From NCBI GenBank assembly GCA_020137815.1, contig CM035355.1, positions 5,890,001 to 5,954,000 of the forward strand: a stretch of DNA of 64,000 nucleotides. Reading direction: 5' to 3'. The notes under the pieces were generated by a model. That model had not been told where the DNA came from and ran no database searches. It saw nothing but the letters and a program-made list of their open reading frames with translations. A program made the position numbers and the translations under genes. Positions 26,497-61,991 of this stretch are shown here, piece after piece. How positions within the stretch are numbered: position 1 is the stretch's first letter; every line of letters begins with the position of its first letter. The DNA is from Hormiphora californensis (lineage: Eukaryota; Animalia; Ctenophora).

Positions 26497-27287
26497 ATGT
26501 TAGGTCTAGAGTTCAAGGTACCGGAGATGGATTTTGAGGGACAGAAGATGGCTGAAATACTGCAATATGTGATTCTGGGTGTTTTTGGGGTAAGTTAACA
26601 CATTGACATTCCCCTAACATGTGTTTACAGTACCAAACATTCCCCCAACTACAGCTCTTCTCTCGATGATTTGTATGCTATATTTTGTTACACTTTTGTA
26701 TTTTGTTACGATGTAACTTACATTTCCCCTCAGATTGCTGGTTTTATCTGGGGTTATCTGTGTGAGTCATTTGAGCAAACATTCTACGTTGTGTCTGTCG
26801 GGTCCCTCGTTGCTTCTTTGGTAAGTAAACTATCGTATTTAGTATCGATACATCATCAGAAAGATTTCGCTGTGTTCTAGAGTTAAAATAAGACCAAGCT
26901 GTCACCATATTTTTGATTTATCTTGAACAGTTTGTGCAGAGAGAGAGAGGGCCCCTCTCAGAGGGTTAAAGACAGAGGGAGAGAGAGAGAGAGAGAGAAT
27001 CAATCAGAGATTTCTCATCACATCTGACACCTTTTTTTAACTCTTTGGTCACGCAAAGTATATCTCACGCTCATTTTGATTTAGAGGAACAGAGACCCGG
27101 GGTATATCTACACTGTAGATATCTAACTCCCTTCCCCGGGGTATCTAACAATATCTAACTCCCTTCTCCCCTTTCTCAGGTTGTATTACCACCCTGGCCT
27201 GCATTCCGAAAGAACCCCCTTCCATTCCACCACTCGGAAGCACCCGTTAAACCAAAGAAAGTGATCCAGAAAAAGAAGAAGAATTAG
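26497..27287 (+). CDS. SPCS1: signal peptidase complex subunit 1 (SPC12)
   Basis: Exons 26497-26589, 26734-26820, 27180-27287: MDFEGQKMAE..IAGFIWGY..QTFY..VVLPPWPAFRKNPL. Confidence 0.92.
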
Positions 27288-27397
27288 AGACTGTTGGGTT
27301 TTTGTTATTTTAACTGATTTCATTTTAATTGTATCACATTTCAACCATTTAATTGGGTTAAACACAGAAAATATTGCTGTTGTGAAACTTAATGAAC

Positions 27398-27608
27398 TAA
27401 CGCTGGCCCACGTCACTCTTCCATGTCCTGTCTGGCGCCGCCGACCCGATCTGTGTCAACACTGAGAATCAAAACGGGGTCTAGTGCTGCCAGACAGTGC
27501 AAATGGGGTGGGGGGGGGGGGGTGACGTAACACTTTGTAACATATTGTGCACGTAACATGTTACAAAGTGTTACGTAACCCCCCCCCCCCCAATGTGGGC
27601 CAGCGTTA
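27398..27608. mobile_element. small composite MITE
   Basis: TIR TAACGCTGGCCCAC/GTGGGCCAGCGTTA enclosing a G-run/C-run palindrome GTAACACTTTGTAACAT..ATGTTACAAAGTGTTAC. Confidence 0.5.
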
Positions 27609-29381
27609 AAGTATCTCGATGGTGGATGGTGGTATTGTTACCCGGTAACGGCTGTAGGTTGGGCTAAGGAATCGGAATTAGGGACCGCAGGGGCGTGCCA
27701 TATGTCCCGGCTGTCATTTCAAGGGTCCCTCTTTCAGCTCAGCAAATTCCAGGGATTAGAGTGGTCCTTTCGAATGCTAGTAGCAGCCCTCCACCCGGCA
27801 ACAGTAGTTATAACATGAGCCAATGCTCAATTGATGAAATTGCTCGGAATGCATGTGACTTGAGATGAAGCACGTGTTGATGAAAATGATGTCACAATTA
27901 CATCATGGTGTCGATTATTTCCACATTTAGTAATCTGAGACATTTGTCGCCGGGACTTGTGTCAATTATTATTATGTCTAGTCGGGTACTAAAAATACAC
28001 CATGATCTGATCAATGAGTTATAGGATTAGTGTGAGATTATTCAAAATTGAGCGATAATTGAAGTTATCTTGGTAAGATTGAAGTAGGGTTGAAGTTATT
28101 TGGTAGGGTTTTAGGATCAGGGATTAGTTATTATTATTACACATTAATATAAAAACATTTAGCCCAGATCTCCTTCTTTATCACATGATAGTTTTAAAAT
28201 TCAGCGAAATTGAAAGTACATCATGGTATGAAGGGGGGGGGGGGGGTGACACGTAACACTTTGTAACACTTTCACGCACTGCTCTTATGATATAGAATTG
28301 AGCTGTCTGCTGTCAGGTGGTGCCGACCCAATATCAGATCGGATCTGAGTCGACCGCAAAACACATATGTCATGATATCGGCAGCAGGCATTGGTATTGG
28401 AGTTGACATGACATACAATTACACGTACAGAAATAGAAATGAAACTCGAGTGATTCAACGATAGAAAACTAGAAACTTATTTACACGAACAGATTGCACA
28501 TGCATGCTCTTGGAGAAATAAATTACACGCGCATTCACTCTAACACAAAACCCGGTGCTAAATCTGTGACGGTAACAGGGGTAACCCCCGCCGGTAACAA
28601 CAATAGCTAACTATGGTAACAGTTGCTGCGGAACGGGAAACCAATAAATATTGCTCTTCAATCAATCAGTTACGATTTCTCTCTATGTTTCTCTGACAAT
28701 CTAATACATTATTCTCGTCTCTCTGTTCCTCTCCACGTCTCTCAGGACTCAGACTGTCAGTCAATGCTCTGACCGCTTTTCTCGCACTTTAGAAAGAATG
28801 TTTAGGTCAAGAGAGTCTCTGATTGGTAACAAAGATTGGTATGTCAAACAAAACATGCTAAAGGAACCTTTTCAAGTCGGCAATGTGAAACACAAACAAT
28901 GCCAAAGATATATCTCTGAAACTCTCTCACTCTCAGTCTGCACCTAACAAAAAGTCATAAACATATTATCAGCGTGTGTTCGTTTTTGTACAAAACTCCA
29001 GCTTCCCCTATCTTATGTACAGAAATAATTTCACAAGTAAACGTTTCATTTACACCACATTTCTCTCTCTCTCTCTCTCTAGTCTCTCTCTGGATTTATG
29101 TTAGGAGAAAAATAAATGGAGGTCAGCAAAAATAGTAAGAGAAATATAGTGTCTTGAAAGATGATAAATTATTTTCTGAACTTGGTGACGTGATATATCA
29201 ACTAGCAACGGTTGCTACGTATTACAACGGTTGCTACGTATTACAATGGTTGCTATGGAAAATCAAACATCAGCGTCCCTGCTAAAACACACGCAGCCCC
29301 CACAAGAAGTGTCTCTGCATCCTGCCTCTACTACAAGCTAGGTAGTCGTTATCATCTGATCGGTGTACTTCGGGTGCTATC

Positions 29382-34857
<5,476 letters not shown>

Positions 34858-35544
34858 GGTAACACACTACTAACACAGGAGGGGGAGTGAGATAGACATC
34901 AATATAGAGCTGGTATTGGGCTGGTCTGTATCGAGTGTCGTTCTGTCAGGAGTCAACATTGTTTGGGGGATGGGCTCCAATCGATATTAATTAGTTTCTG
35001 TCAACAAGATAACCTACTGAGATGTAACCTGTTACAAAATATTTAATGCTAACAAGAATTGTTGCATTATGTATTCATAATGCTGTGTTTCCCTGCCCTA
35101 CCGTTTCACATGTCAGTGACATTGTCACTGCCAACAGGATCAAGGCTTGGTCATAATGTAATGTGAGATGCATACGATCTAGCTGTCAGTATACTTCTCA
35201 CATAGCTTATCGAGTTAGCTAACTCCCAATCACATGACACTTGCTAACCAGCTTTTGACATTCCAACTTAACTACTTATCTAACATCTCACACTCGACTC
35301 GAAAGATGAAAATGTGTATGTAACACGCGAAACGCGCGGCAGAGCATTTCATGTTTTGTTGAGTGGCGCGCGCACACACGTCCATCAAACTGTGCCAATG
35401 AGGTGTTTGATGAAGGAGTAGCTCGTCACTGTGCGCGCGGCTCTAGTTGCTACACCGTTGCCCTCGCAACGAAAGTGTGACCAAAAAATGTCCCTCTACC
35501 GATTAGTTAGTATACCAAAATGTTAGGGGATTGGGGTAGGGCTT

Positions 35545-36420
35545 AAAGAAAACGACGAGGTGTCAGGTGTAAAGGCCTTTCGGCTAAAATGCCATCTTCA
35601 GTACATCCTACAACATAGAGAGTTAATACAACAGGTCACAAAACACTGCCACACACACACAGACCACCAAGAGAATAAAAAACAAAATCAACAAAAGGAC
35701 CCTGCTAAAAACGACGCGGTTACCGTACCACTGCAATACGGTTTAGCCCATTAACTCTGGTCCCAAACGATTCAATAAAAAATTCCTCAAACCTATCTAA
35801 CTCCATGGCCGACACCCGTTTTACTATCCCAATCCTAAAAGAGGAAATACTAAAATTGTCTTTGTCTCTATGTTTGAGGAAACAGTGGTATGAAAGGGCA
35901 CTTTGTTCGAACGCGAGTTGGTCAGTTTTAAACTTGGAGCGGTGGCCGTTCATCCTTATATGTAATGCCGAGTGGGTTTGCCCAAAGTAGGATTCCCCAC
36001 AAATTACACAATTAGCCACATAGATGACCCCTGATGACTTGCACGTCAATCTTAAGTCCAATTTCAAACAAGAGCCGTTAACTACTACTGTCTGAGGGTT
36101 TTCGAATAAGATGGGACAGGTCTTACAGCCTTTTCCATTACACCGTTGATTTTGTGGGGTGATTGTAGGCTGTGACTCACTCAGGCTCAACTTCCTGTTC
36201 CGAACCACCTCATTACCGATAGCAGCTCCCTTCTTCAAGGCCATTATCACCCTAGTAGGATAACCAGTAACCAAATCAATGCTCCCCTGACAATCCCTTA
36301 TCAGCGCTCTTAGATCCTCTACCTCCGCATAATATTTGACACTGTATACCAGCGTCACACCGTTTTCCGGTTCCCTCCTATTTACCTCCTCAATCCCCAT
36401 AGCCCGCCGCTTAGCCAAAA
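35545..36420 (-). mobile_element. Penelope-like retroelement 3' fragment (Neptune-like), GIY-YIG ORF 35720-36418
   Basis: RCNGKGCKTC knuckle, GVIYVANCVICGESYFGQT..RMNGHRS, SALSYH, terminal GLN; boundaries approximate. Confidence 0.88.
35566..35608 (-). ncRNA. minimal type I hammerhead ribozyme of Penelope-like element
   Basis: Minus strand GGAUGUA-CUGAAGA-U-GGC-AUUUUA-GCC-GAA-AGGCCU-U-UACACC; palindromic stem III; ~110 nt downstream of GIY-YIG stop. Confidence 0.8.
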
Positions 36421-37001
36421 TGTCGTTTTCGAATTCTAACCCTGCTATGCCTTTTTACAAAGTAAAAAGGCATCCGGGTGAATGCCTTCGGCATTCACCC
36501 GGGCAGGGAAAAAATATGCTAAAAACATATTGTGCAGTACTACAGTTGGTGAGGGTTCGGAATATAGCAAAAAAAACATAGGGAATGTAACCATGATAAC
36601 AATGAATGCAGTAAATGAATTATAAAATCGAAAAAACATCAAGACGACTTCTACCTCTCTCTGATGTCGGTGGCGGCTCACGTGAAGAGAACACGTTGTT
36701 TACCGAAAGAGAACGAACAGCTGTGCAGTAGTTTGTGTGTGAAAGCTGGCATGTACTTTGTGAGCGTGAAAGAGAGAGAGAGAGAGAGAGGGAGACGAGA
36801 GGCCCAGGAGGGTGACGACGATGAGCAGGAGCCATAAGTACGAGGCCGAGGGAGGAGAGAGTGAGAGGAGAGAACGAGCTGAGAGCAGAGAGATGAGAGA
36901 AATGAGAGAGAGAGACGAGAGAGAGAGAGAGAGAGATGAGAGCAGACTGAGAGAGAGAGAGATGAGAGGGAGAGAGAGGAAGATGGACGGAGAGAGAGAG
37001 G

Positions 37002-37053
<52 letters not shown>

Positions 37054-37503
37054 CATGTGAGCAAAGTAAGCTCCTTAGCTCCTCCAGTAGAACCATAAAC
37101 CAGCATGAAGGAAAACAGAATCGAATGGAAGCTTTAAACCAGTTCTACCAGATACAGCCGAAACAAATGAAGAGTTTCATCTACAGTGTTCACACAAGAG
37201 GACGTTGGAAACAATAAAACAGTGTTGGTTGGTTGGTTGGTTGGTGATACTAAGCCGACGTTCTACCAAGCTCTTTGAGCGGTGTGACGCGGTGACTCCC
37301 AAACTGATCTGCAGTGTTCACACAACGACACAACGAGGACGTTGGAAACAATAAAACCACTATTACCGGGAGTTATAGCACGTGCGAGAGAAGGGAGAGA
37401 AGGCGGGTGTGAGAGAGAAATAGGGGGCACGTTGTTTTATTATTCGTATCATTACATGGTAGTAGCGGTAGAACTAAACCAAGGTGACACAACTTTCACG
37501 TGG

Positions 37504-37536
<33 letters not shown>

Positions 37537-38032
37537 AGACAAGCTAAGTAACACACTAAATGGGAAATTAAAGCTAGCCGAACTAAAAATTATTATATAT
37601 GAGTTGCAACTACTGTACTATTGTCTGAAAGTAGCACTTAGTAGGTTCAGTCTGTACTGTCTGCAGAAGTATGTACACGAAGTTGAGCGTGTGTATTGTG
37701 TAAGCGAACAAATTTTCTCACACTTCACTATCTCATACAAACATCGTTAAAATATGACTCAACTGCGATAAGATGTTTCATTTTAGACGATATGAGATGG
37801 TGTGATATTGGAGAAGCCAATAACTTTTTAAGAGAGTGTCTGTACTCTGTCTTATCCGATGTCAGTTGTTTTCTAGTTTTGTCATGTTTGTGATAATCAC
37901 AAGGGCACAAGAGATTGAAACTAGAATTGGGTGTATAACTTAAAAAAGGAAGAGAGAGAAATACACAAATCACACCTATATCAACTTCCCAAACTAGTAT
38001 AACAGTTCTCATTTTACAGTTTCTTTATTGTT

Positions 38033-38424
38033 TCATACGGAACTTTGGAGCAAAGACTCATCCATCGTTCGAAGTGCCTCTAATATCTCACCACTGGTAA
38101 AGTTACTCAAGTCCTGACTCTTCTCACGGCCATGGGAGAACCTGGAGAAAATGAGAGATTCAGTCATTGCGGCAATAATACTCATTTGAATGACCTCTTT
38201 ATCAGTTGTTGATATTTGTTTGGAACATTGAAATATTACCTGGTATACAGAACGGGTTTCACGTCGCTGCATTCCCGCACTAGAATGGGCAGGGACGGAT
38301 TCTCCGTCTTTAAAGGGACGTAGTGCGAAGCAACGAACTCCCTCACGCCACTGCTGGTCGCTGATCGCTGACAAAGAATGAGGCGAACCTCCCGAACTGC
38401 GGCAGACAACCTCAGACCAGACAT
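38033..38424 (-). CDS. NDUFA2: NADH:ubiquinone oxidoreductase subunit A2 (CI-B8)
   Basis: Exons 38424-38240 and 38141-38033: [39 protein letters not shown]. Confidence 0.93.
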
Positions 38425-38715
38425 ACTTGCTAGAGGAAGAAAGAGGTTTGGGTTCTGTGAACTACTAGCGCACCAGGTGGTATTGCGTGTTCAGTATTGA
38501 CAAGTGGTCCATCCAGCTGACGGCTCCACGCCTGTCCTGAGTCCCAGGACAATATCACACACATAATTAACGAAGCTAGACTGTGTACTGTGCGTAGAGA
38601 TCAAAGTTTTCGGGTGAAAGCAGGGTAAACACCATTTAGTCGGGTCTAAAAGTGGGAAAAAGGAGCGATTTTGTCACAAAATCGAAGCCGCGAAAATAAA
38701 GTTTTGAAAACTTTA

Positions 38716-39164
38716 TAGGGATCCCTAATAAAGTTGTGACTTGTCACTATAGTCTTGCGGAGGCGCGGTTGTGACTTGTCACCGCGTGTGTGCGTACCAA
38801 AACGCACGTGGTTCCCACTGCGCGTAGCTGCGGCGCGGCGTAAACCATGCGGTGACAAGTTACAATCGCGCATTTTGAAGCCGCGCCGCCACGGGAACCA
38901 CATGTTTGGTGACAAGTCACAACTTTATTAAAGTCGGATTTTTTGAAACTGTCACCCCCCTGAAATAACAAAATTTGCCATATCTCAGGTTCCTGATAAG
39001 ATAGAGACTTGAAATTTGGAGGTTCGGAAGAACTTAGCAAGATCTTTTTAACCTCCAAATTTCAAGTCTCTATCTCGTCAGGAACCTGATTTATGGTCAT
39101 TTACGAAATTTGAAAATACCCAGGGGGGTGACAGTTTCAAAAAATCCGACTTTAGGGATCCCTA
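38716..39164. mobile_element. MITE (TAGGGATCCCTAATAAAGTTGTGAC TIR) with a second TA-flanked palindromic MITE (38931-39152) inserted in its right TIR
   Basis: Right TIR split at TA; partial copies of outer element at 7218 and 43997; relative of the inner element at 59388-59562. Confidence 0.75.
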
Positions 39165-39565
39165 TGTTTATGAATCAGCGATTTTTTTAAAACAAGTTGG
39201 CGCGGCCGCGGACAATGCAATTTTTTGCGCGTTCCATTTTGCGCTTGACTTGGCATCGAAAACAATTTATTTTTCCGCCCAGTTCAATTTTTTTAAATTT
39301 CTTAACACTGCACGTTAATCTAATCTAATTTATTAATCTTATTGAAAAGCGCTGCCTTATCCCGCGCTGCGAGGGGCCAGCAACGTTTGCCAATTAATCT
39401 TATATGTACTGATTACCTTGATTTTTATTCCGTTTTAATTGGACCGGCAACCCCGGCTTTAACACTGCACGTGTAAAAAAGTGAAAGTGTGTAAAAAACT
39501 TTTCAACACTACTTTAAACAAATTAATTTGAGGCGGCACCCTCCCTCAAATTTCCCGTGTAGACA

Positions 39566-40879
39566 ATGTCAAACACCAAAGAAGAGGAGAACATCGATAG
39601 TTCAATCAAGAGGAACACCCTTGACGAGCTTAAGAACAGCGCTGATCCATCGGCTAAGCGAGTTCTCGACACCTTCTCCGTTGACGGTACTGTATGGGAC
39701 AACTACCACAACTTCATGAAGTTCCCCAAAGACCCACTTGAAAGTTGTGCCACCTTCCTTGGCTTAACGGTTAGGTCAGGGGGCGATAAACAGTACAAAA
39801 ACTTGGACAATGTAGCTCACCGGTGCGTATTAATGATCGAGTCACTCTTCCCCTCCACGTGTACTGAATGCAAGAGCCAGTATCAGGTAGAATTTCGATC
39901 CAGTCCACCGCTCTACTGTTGGTTGTGTAACCGAGGTTCCCATGATTGCGAGAAAATGGTCACCTGTGCGAAGGCACTACAGGACCTACCTGATGGAAAA
40001 CTCCTGTCTGGTATGACATGGCTTTGCCACTCTTGCGTTGTGACTACTGACCTTTCCCTGTGGTCTAAAGTCCCTGTTAAAGCTCCTCCCAAGAAGAAGA
40101 AACAACATGCCAATTCCGCTGAAATCCATACTCCTGACATCTCGACATCTGGGGGTCCCAAGCTGGATGAGGAAAACAACAATGATCCCATAAAGACCAC
40201 TCCGTGCATGCATCTTGCTAATGGTAGGTGTTTACATGGAATGAGTGGGAACAAGGAAATTGCAGGCAAGAAATGCCCTTACTTTCACCGAAAGATTTGC
40301 AGAAAGTACAAGGTGAATGGGCTGCACCCTAAATACGGCTGTAAGAAAGGAAAGGATTGTCCTAAGCTCCACCCTAAAATATGCGAGGGTTCCCGTCGGA
40401 AACGCAAGGAGAGGGTATGCACCACTGAAAATTGCCCGCATCTTCACTTGAAGGGAACACGGAGACATCTTAACTTTGAAACAAAGGAAAAGCCTGAGAG
40501 ACCCGATACAAGGAAGAAAAAGGATTCGGAACTCCCATTGAGTGGCTCCCCCATACGTCCTGCATCACAGGAAAAACCTGAACTGGTACAGTCGGGTTTC
40601 TTGACTCAATTCTTGAAGGAAGTCAGATCAAGTCGAGAAGCATCCCTTCGCCAAGCAGACAGGATGGACGAAATACTGAGTCAGCTGACCGGAACCCAGG
40701 AAGACTCAATCGTACTTCCGGTACAGCAAAGCCAGCATTATGTTCTGCCACCATGGAACGCGTCCCAAAAGCACACCCTGGCCCAAAACGTTATCCCAGC
40801 GGGAATGCAGATGACTCAGGGTATGTACAACAGAAACCGATACGCATCGAGTCAAACCTTTCCAGGATCCTCGTACTAA
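39566..40879 (+). CDS. LINE-B ORF1 (PHD-like + CCCH zinc fingers), 437 aa
   Basis: CTEC..CWLCNRGSHDC..WLCHSC; three CCCH-like fingers; homologous to LINE-A ORF1. Confidence 0.88.
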   Translation: MSNTKEEENIDSSIKRNTLDELKNSADPSAKRVLDTFSVDGTVWDNYHNFMKFPKDPLESCATFLGLTVRSGGDKQYKNLDNVAHRCVLMIESLFPSTCTECKSQYQVEFRSSPPLYCWLCNRGSHDCEKMVTCAKALQDLPDGKLLSGMTWLCHSCVVTTDLSLWSKVPVKAPPKKKKQHANSAEIHTPDISTSGGPKLDEENNNDPIKTTPCMHLANGRCLHGMSGNKEIAGKKCPYFHRKICRKYKVNGLHPKYGCKKGKDCPKLHPKICEGSRRKRKERVCTTENCPHLHLKGTRRHLNFETKEKPERPDTRKKKDSELPLSGSPIRPASQEKPELVQSGFLTQFLKEVRSSREASLRQADRMDEILSQLTGTQEDSIVLPVQQSQHYVLPPWNASQKHTLAQNVIPAGMQMTQGMYNRNRYASSQTFPGSSY

Positions 40880-43800
40880 ATGGTCGAGGAATCTCGCCAG
40901 CGGTCTACGGTGGAACTTGTTGGAAGTTACCTTACATCGAGGAAATCATCGTGGGCTCCGACAGCACTGGTCCTCCAACAATAGCAATCTCCATAACAGA
41001 AACCTGGTTGAAAAGCTACGTGCAGGATTCTGAGATTTCAATAGCTGGATTTAGTCTTTTCCGTTCAGATAGACCCGAAAGACGGGGAGGCGGTTGTGCC
41101 CTGTACATTAAGGATGAAGTGACAATCACCAAAACCTTCACCATAAGCGACAGGCAGCATAGCCTGGTTTTGGCCTACAGTGAACCAAAACATATCTTGT
41201 TTGCCTGTTTGTACCGCCCACCAGACTCCGAGGACACTGCGTTTCATTCCCTTATGGACACATTGCAGGAAAAAATTGCTGAATTTACAAATGGTAATCG
41301 GACACCGGATATTTTCATTACTGGAGATTTCAACCTGCCCCTAATGAATTGGGATAGCTGTTCTGTCCCTACAAGTCCACCATGTAAAGCTTACCAGCGA
41401 TTAATGGACTTTATAAACGATAACTTCGCAACACAGGTTGTCGACCAGCCCACTAGGGGGCACAATATACTGGATCTGGTATTGACAAACTCCCCTGAAA
41501 GTGTAGCTAACGTTTTAACAGAAGATGTCCCTAAACTATCTGATCACAAGGTAGTTGACTGTATCTTAACATTCAACCCCATCCCAGAAGACCCGCCCAA
41601 GACTCATCAGTGGGATCACATGGAGTTCAGAGGAATCAACGTCCACAAAGGAGATCTTGAACAAATTCGGGTGGACCTCCAATCAGTTGACTGGACAACA
41701 TTATTGCAAATCTGTGAAGATGATGGTGACTACGAAGGGGGAGCTGTTTTAAGGAGCTCATCATAATGACAGTTTTGCAGATAGCGATTATTAAACACTG
41801 TCCTAGGAAGCAGAACCGAGGAAAAACTCGAAAAAGTCGCCTTGAACCGCCTGAAGCGGCGAAAAAGGAAACTCAGGACGAGGATCTCTGCAATTCAAGC
41901 AACAACCCCAGGTTCAATTTCGCTAAACAAGATACAGGCCGAACTTCTATCCCTGGACAAGATCATCAAGAGCGCCTGGTGGAAAAAACGCGAAGAGGAG
42001 GAACGGAAGGCTATTGACACCATTAAAGTCAACCCTCGGTACTTTTACTCCTACGCAAAGCGGTTCCTAAAGTCTGTTTCTTCCATTGCCCCTCTAAAAG
42101 AAACGATGGATCCCTCACTGATGACGATCAGGAGAAAGCAGAGCTTCTACAGTCACAGTACTGTGGAGTATTCAGCGACCCTAATGGGGGTGACTTGGAG
42201 AAAAGTCTGTACTGGCTGGACAACGTTGATGCCCCCGTCTTGGAGAACTTCACCTTTTCTTCTGAAGACATCAAAAATGCCCTCTCTGAGCTCGATCCCA
42301 ACTCAGCTGCCCCGGATGGTGATATTCCGGCCAAACTTCTTGTAACATGCAAGCAAGAACTGTCCAAACCTCTCTACTTGCTTTGGGAGCGGTCACTTAG
42401 GAATGAAACTGTACCCATGAGCTTGAAACTCCAGTACATTTCACCTATATTCAAAAAAGGAGATAAAACCAATGCTGCTAACTATCGTCCAGTATCCTTG
42501 ACGTCAAACCTGTTAAAGACCTTTGAAAGAGTAGTTCGCAACCATCTGGTGGACCATCTAGAGAGTAACAACCTCATCCCAGGAAATCAGCATGGGTTCA
42601 GAAAGAACCGAAGTTGTCTCACACAGCTCTCTAGAACATTACGACCACATCATGAGAGAACTCAACAGTGGAAACGAGGTTGACGTAGTCTACTTGGACT
42701 ATTCCAAAGCTTTCGACAAGGTCAACCACTCTATTTTGATTGCCAAACTCGAAAAACTTGGAATAAGAGGAACCCTGCTCAACTGGATAAAGGACTTCCT
42801 TTCTGGTAGGCTTCAAACAGTTACTGTCAATGGAGCCAAATCATCCTTCAGGAAAGTACTTAGTGGAGTCCCTCAAGGGACAGTACTAGGCCCAATTCTG
42901 TTTATCATCTATGTTGCTGACCTCCATCTACAAGTCCACGACTCGAGAACATCTACTTTTGCTGATGATACAAAGCTCTCCAAGGCGATCAGTTCCGGGT
43001 CAGGAACACAATCAGAAAGCGAGCTACAGGAAGACCTTGACAGAGTTGTTGAATGGTCCATTACTAACAGTATGGTACTCCATGAGGACAAGTTCGAAGT
43101 CCTGCACTACTCTCTATACATTCCAGATACACTAAGTAACCTCCCAACAGTCGTCCAACATCGCTGCTATTTAACTCCTAGAGGAAACTTTATCAGTTCT
43201 GGGCATCAAGTTCGTGATCTAGGAATCATCATGTCTGACGACGGGTCTTGGACTCAGCATATCGACAGGATCGCCTCCGATGCAAGGAAAATTGCAGGAT
43301 GGGCACTCCGAACATTTCAGGATAGGTCTATTACCACTATGATGACACTCTACAAGTCCCTCATCCGGTGTAAACTGGAGTATTGCTCACCCCTATGGAA
43401 CCCCAGAAAAATTTCTGACATTCAGTCACTGGAAAGCGTGCAAAGAAAATTTACACGTCGGGTGGATAATATGAAGCAGTACAGCTATTGGGACCGCCTG
43501 AAAAAGCTGAACCTTATGTCTCTGCAACGAAGAAGAGAGAGATACACCATCATTCACATGTGGAAAATGTATAACGAAGTTGCACCCAACAGTACCAACA
43601 CACGATTCTACATGAATGATAGGACAGGAGTTAAAGCTGAAGTACCATCTCTATTCAGCGGTGCCAGAGGGACAGTAAAAACTAAGTTCTTCGACTCCTT
43701 CGCTGTTTAAAGCGGCGAGGCTATGGAATACATTGCCTAAGAAGGTTAACACAGCAGATGACCTGGATCAGTTCAAGATTCTGCTGGGACGATGGCTCGA

Positions 43801-43900
43801 CCAGTTCCCGGACTGTCCGCCCGTGACTGGGTATCCTACTCAGAACACTAATTCAATCCTGGATTGGGTGCTGGAAGTGAGAGCCGAGAGGGGGATGTGT
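40594..43900 (+). pseudogene. LINE-B ORF2 APE + RT, broken by ~5 frameshifts (decay or assembly error)
   Basis: Consecutive ORF pieces 40753, 41766, 41842, 42195, 42592 with ITETW, GDFN, SDH, YRPVSLTS, GVPQG, FADD, SLQRRRER. Confidence 0.88.
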
Positions 43901-44088
43901 TAAAGGACACTGACACCTTGTGTTTTTCATTGAAGTTATTTATGAAGTTATGAAGTTTAAAAATGAAAGCGAAGCAACAACGAACTGGCTGCACATAGGG
44001 ATCCCTAATAAAGTTGTGACTTGTCACTGTAGTCTTGCGGAAGAGCGGTTGTGACTTGTTACCGCGTGGTGTGCGTACCAAAACGCAC

Positions 44089-44330
44089 AGCCACCTCCTC
44101 TGGGCCGACGATTTGGTTATGCTTGCCAAGACCCAGCCGCCGCCCAGAAGCAGCTGGATACGCTCCTTAGGTACTGTGAAGATTCTTCACTGAAGAATGG
44201 GGGCTATAAGTGAACCCTACCAAGACCAAAGCCATGATCTTCAACAATGAGTTCCACCACGGTCCTCTTCCGAACATTAAACTTGGGGCCGCAGCCCTGG
44301 ACTCCACAAACGAGGAGGGCAATATCGACA
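44089..44330 (+). pseudogene. decayed non-LTR RT fragment
   Basis: HLLWADDLVMLAKT..QKQLDTLLRYC..VNPTKTKAMIFN across frameshifts. Confidence 0.7.
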
Positions 44331-44413
44331 GTGTCAGTTTATTGTAAACAGATTTGATAATAAAACAATTTAGATCCCATTTAGATTAGATTCAGAATGA
44401 CATAAACTGCAAC

Positions 44414-61991
<17,578 letters not shown>

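Larger units (their letters stand above)
39496..43958 (+). mobile_element. full-length CR1/L2-group LINE (LINE-B) with SL at its 5' end
   Basis: 37-nt SL-like start, 33-nt UTR, ORF1, frameshifted APE-RT ORF2, TTATGAAG tail repeats. Confidence 0.92.

Noticed and set aside
35298-35345. Hammerhead-like CGAAAGATG..GAAACGCGCGGCAGAG on the + strand
   Set aside because: CUGANGA box and cleavage triplet are both non-canonical; at most a decayed remnant
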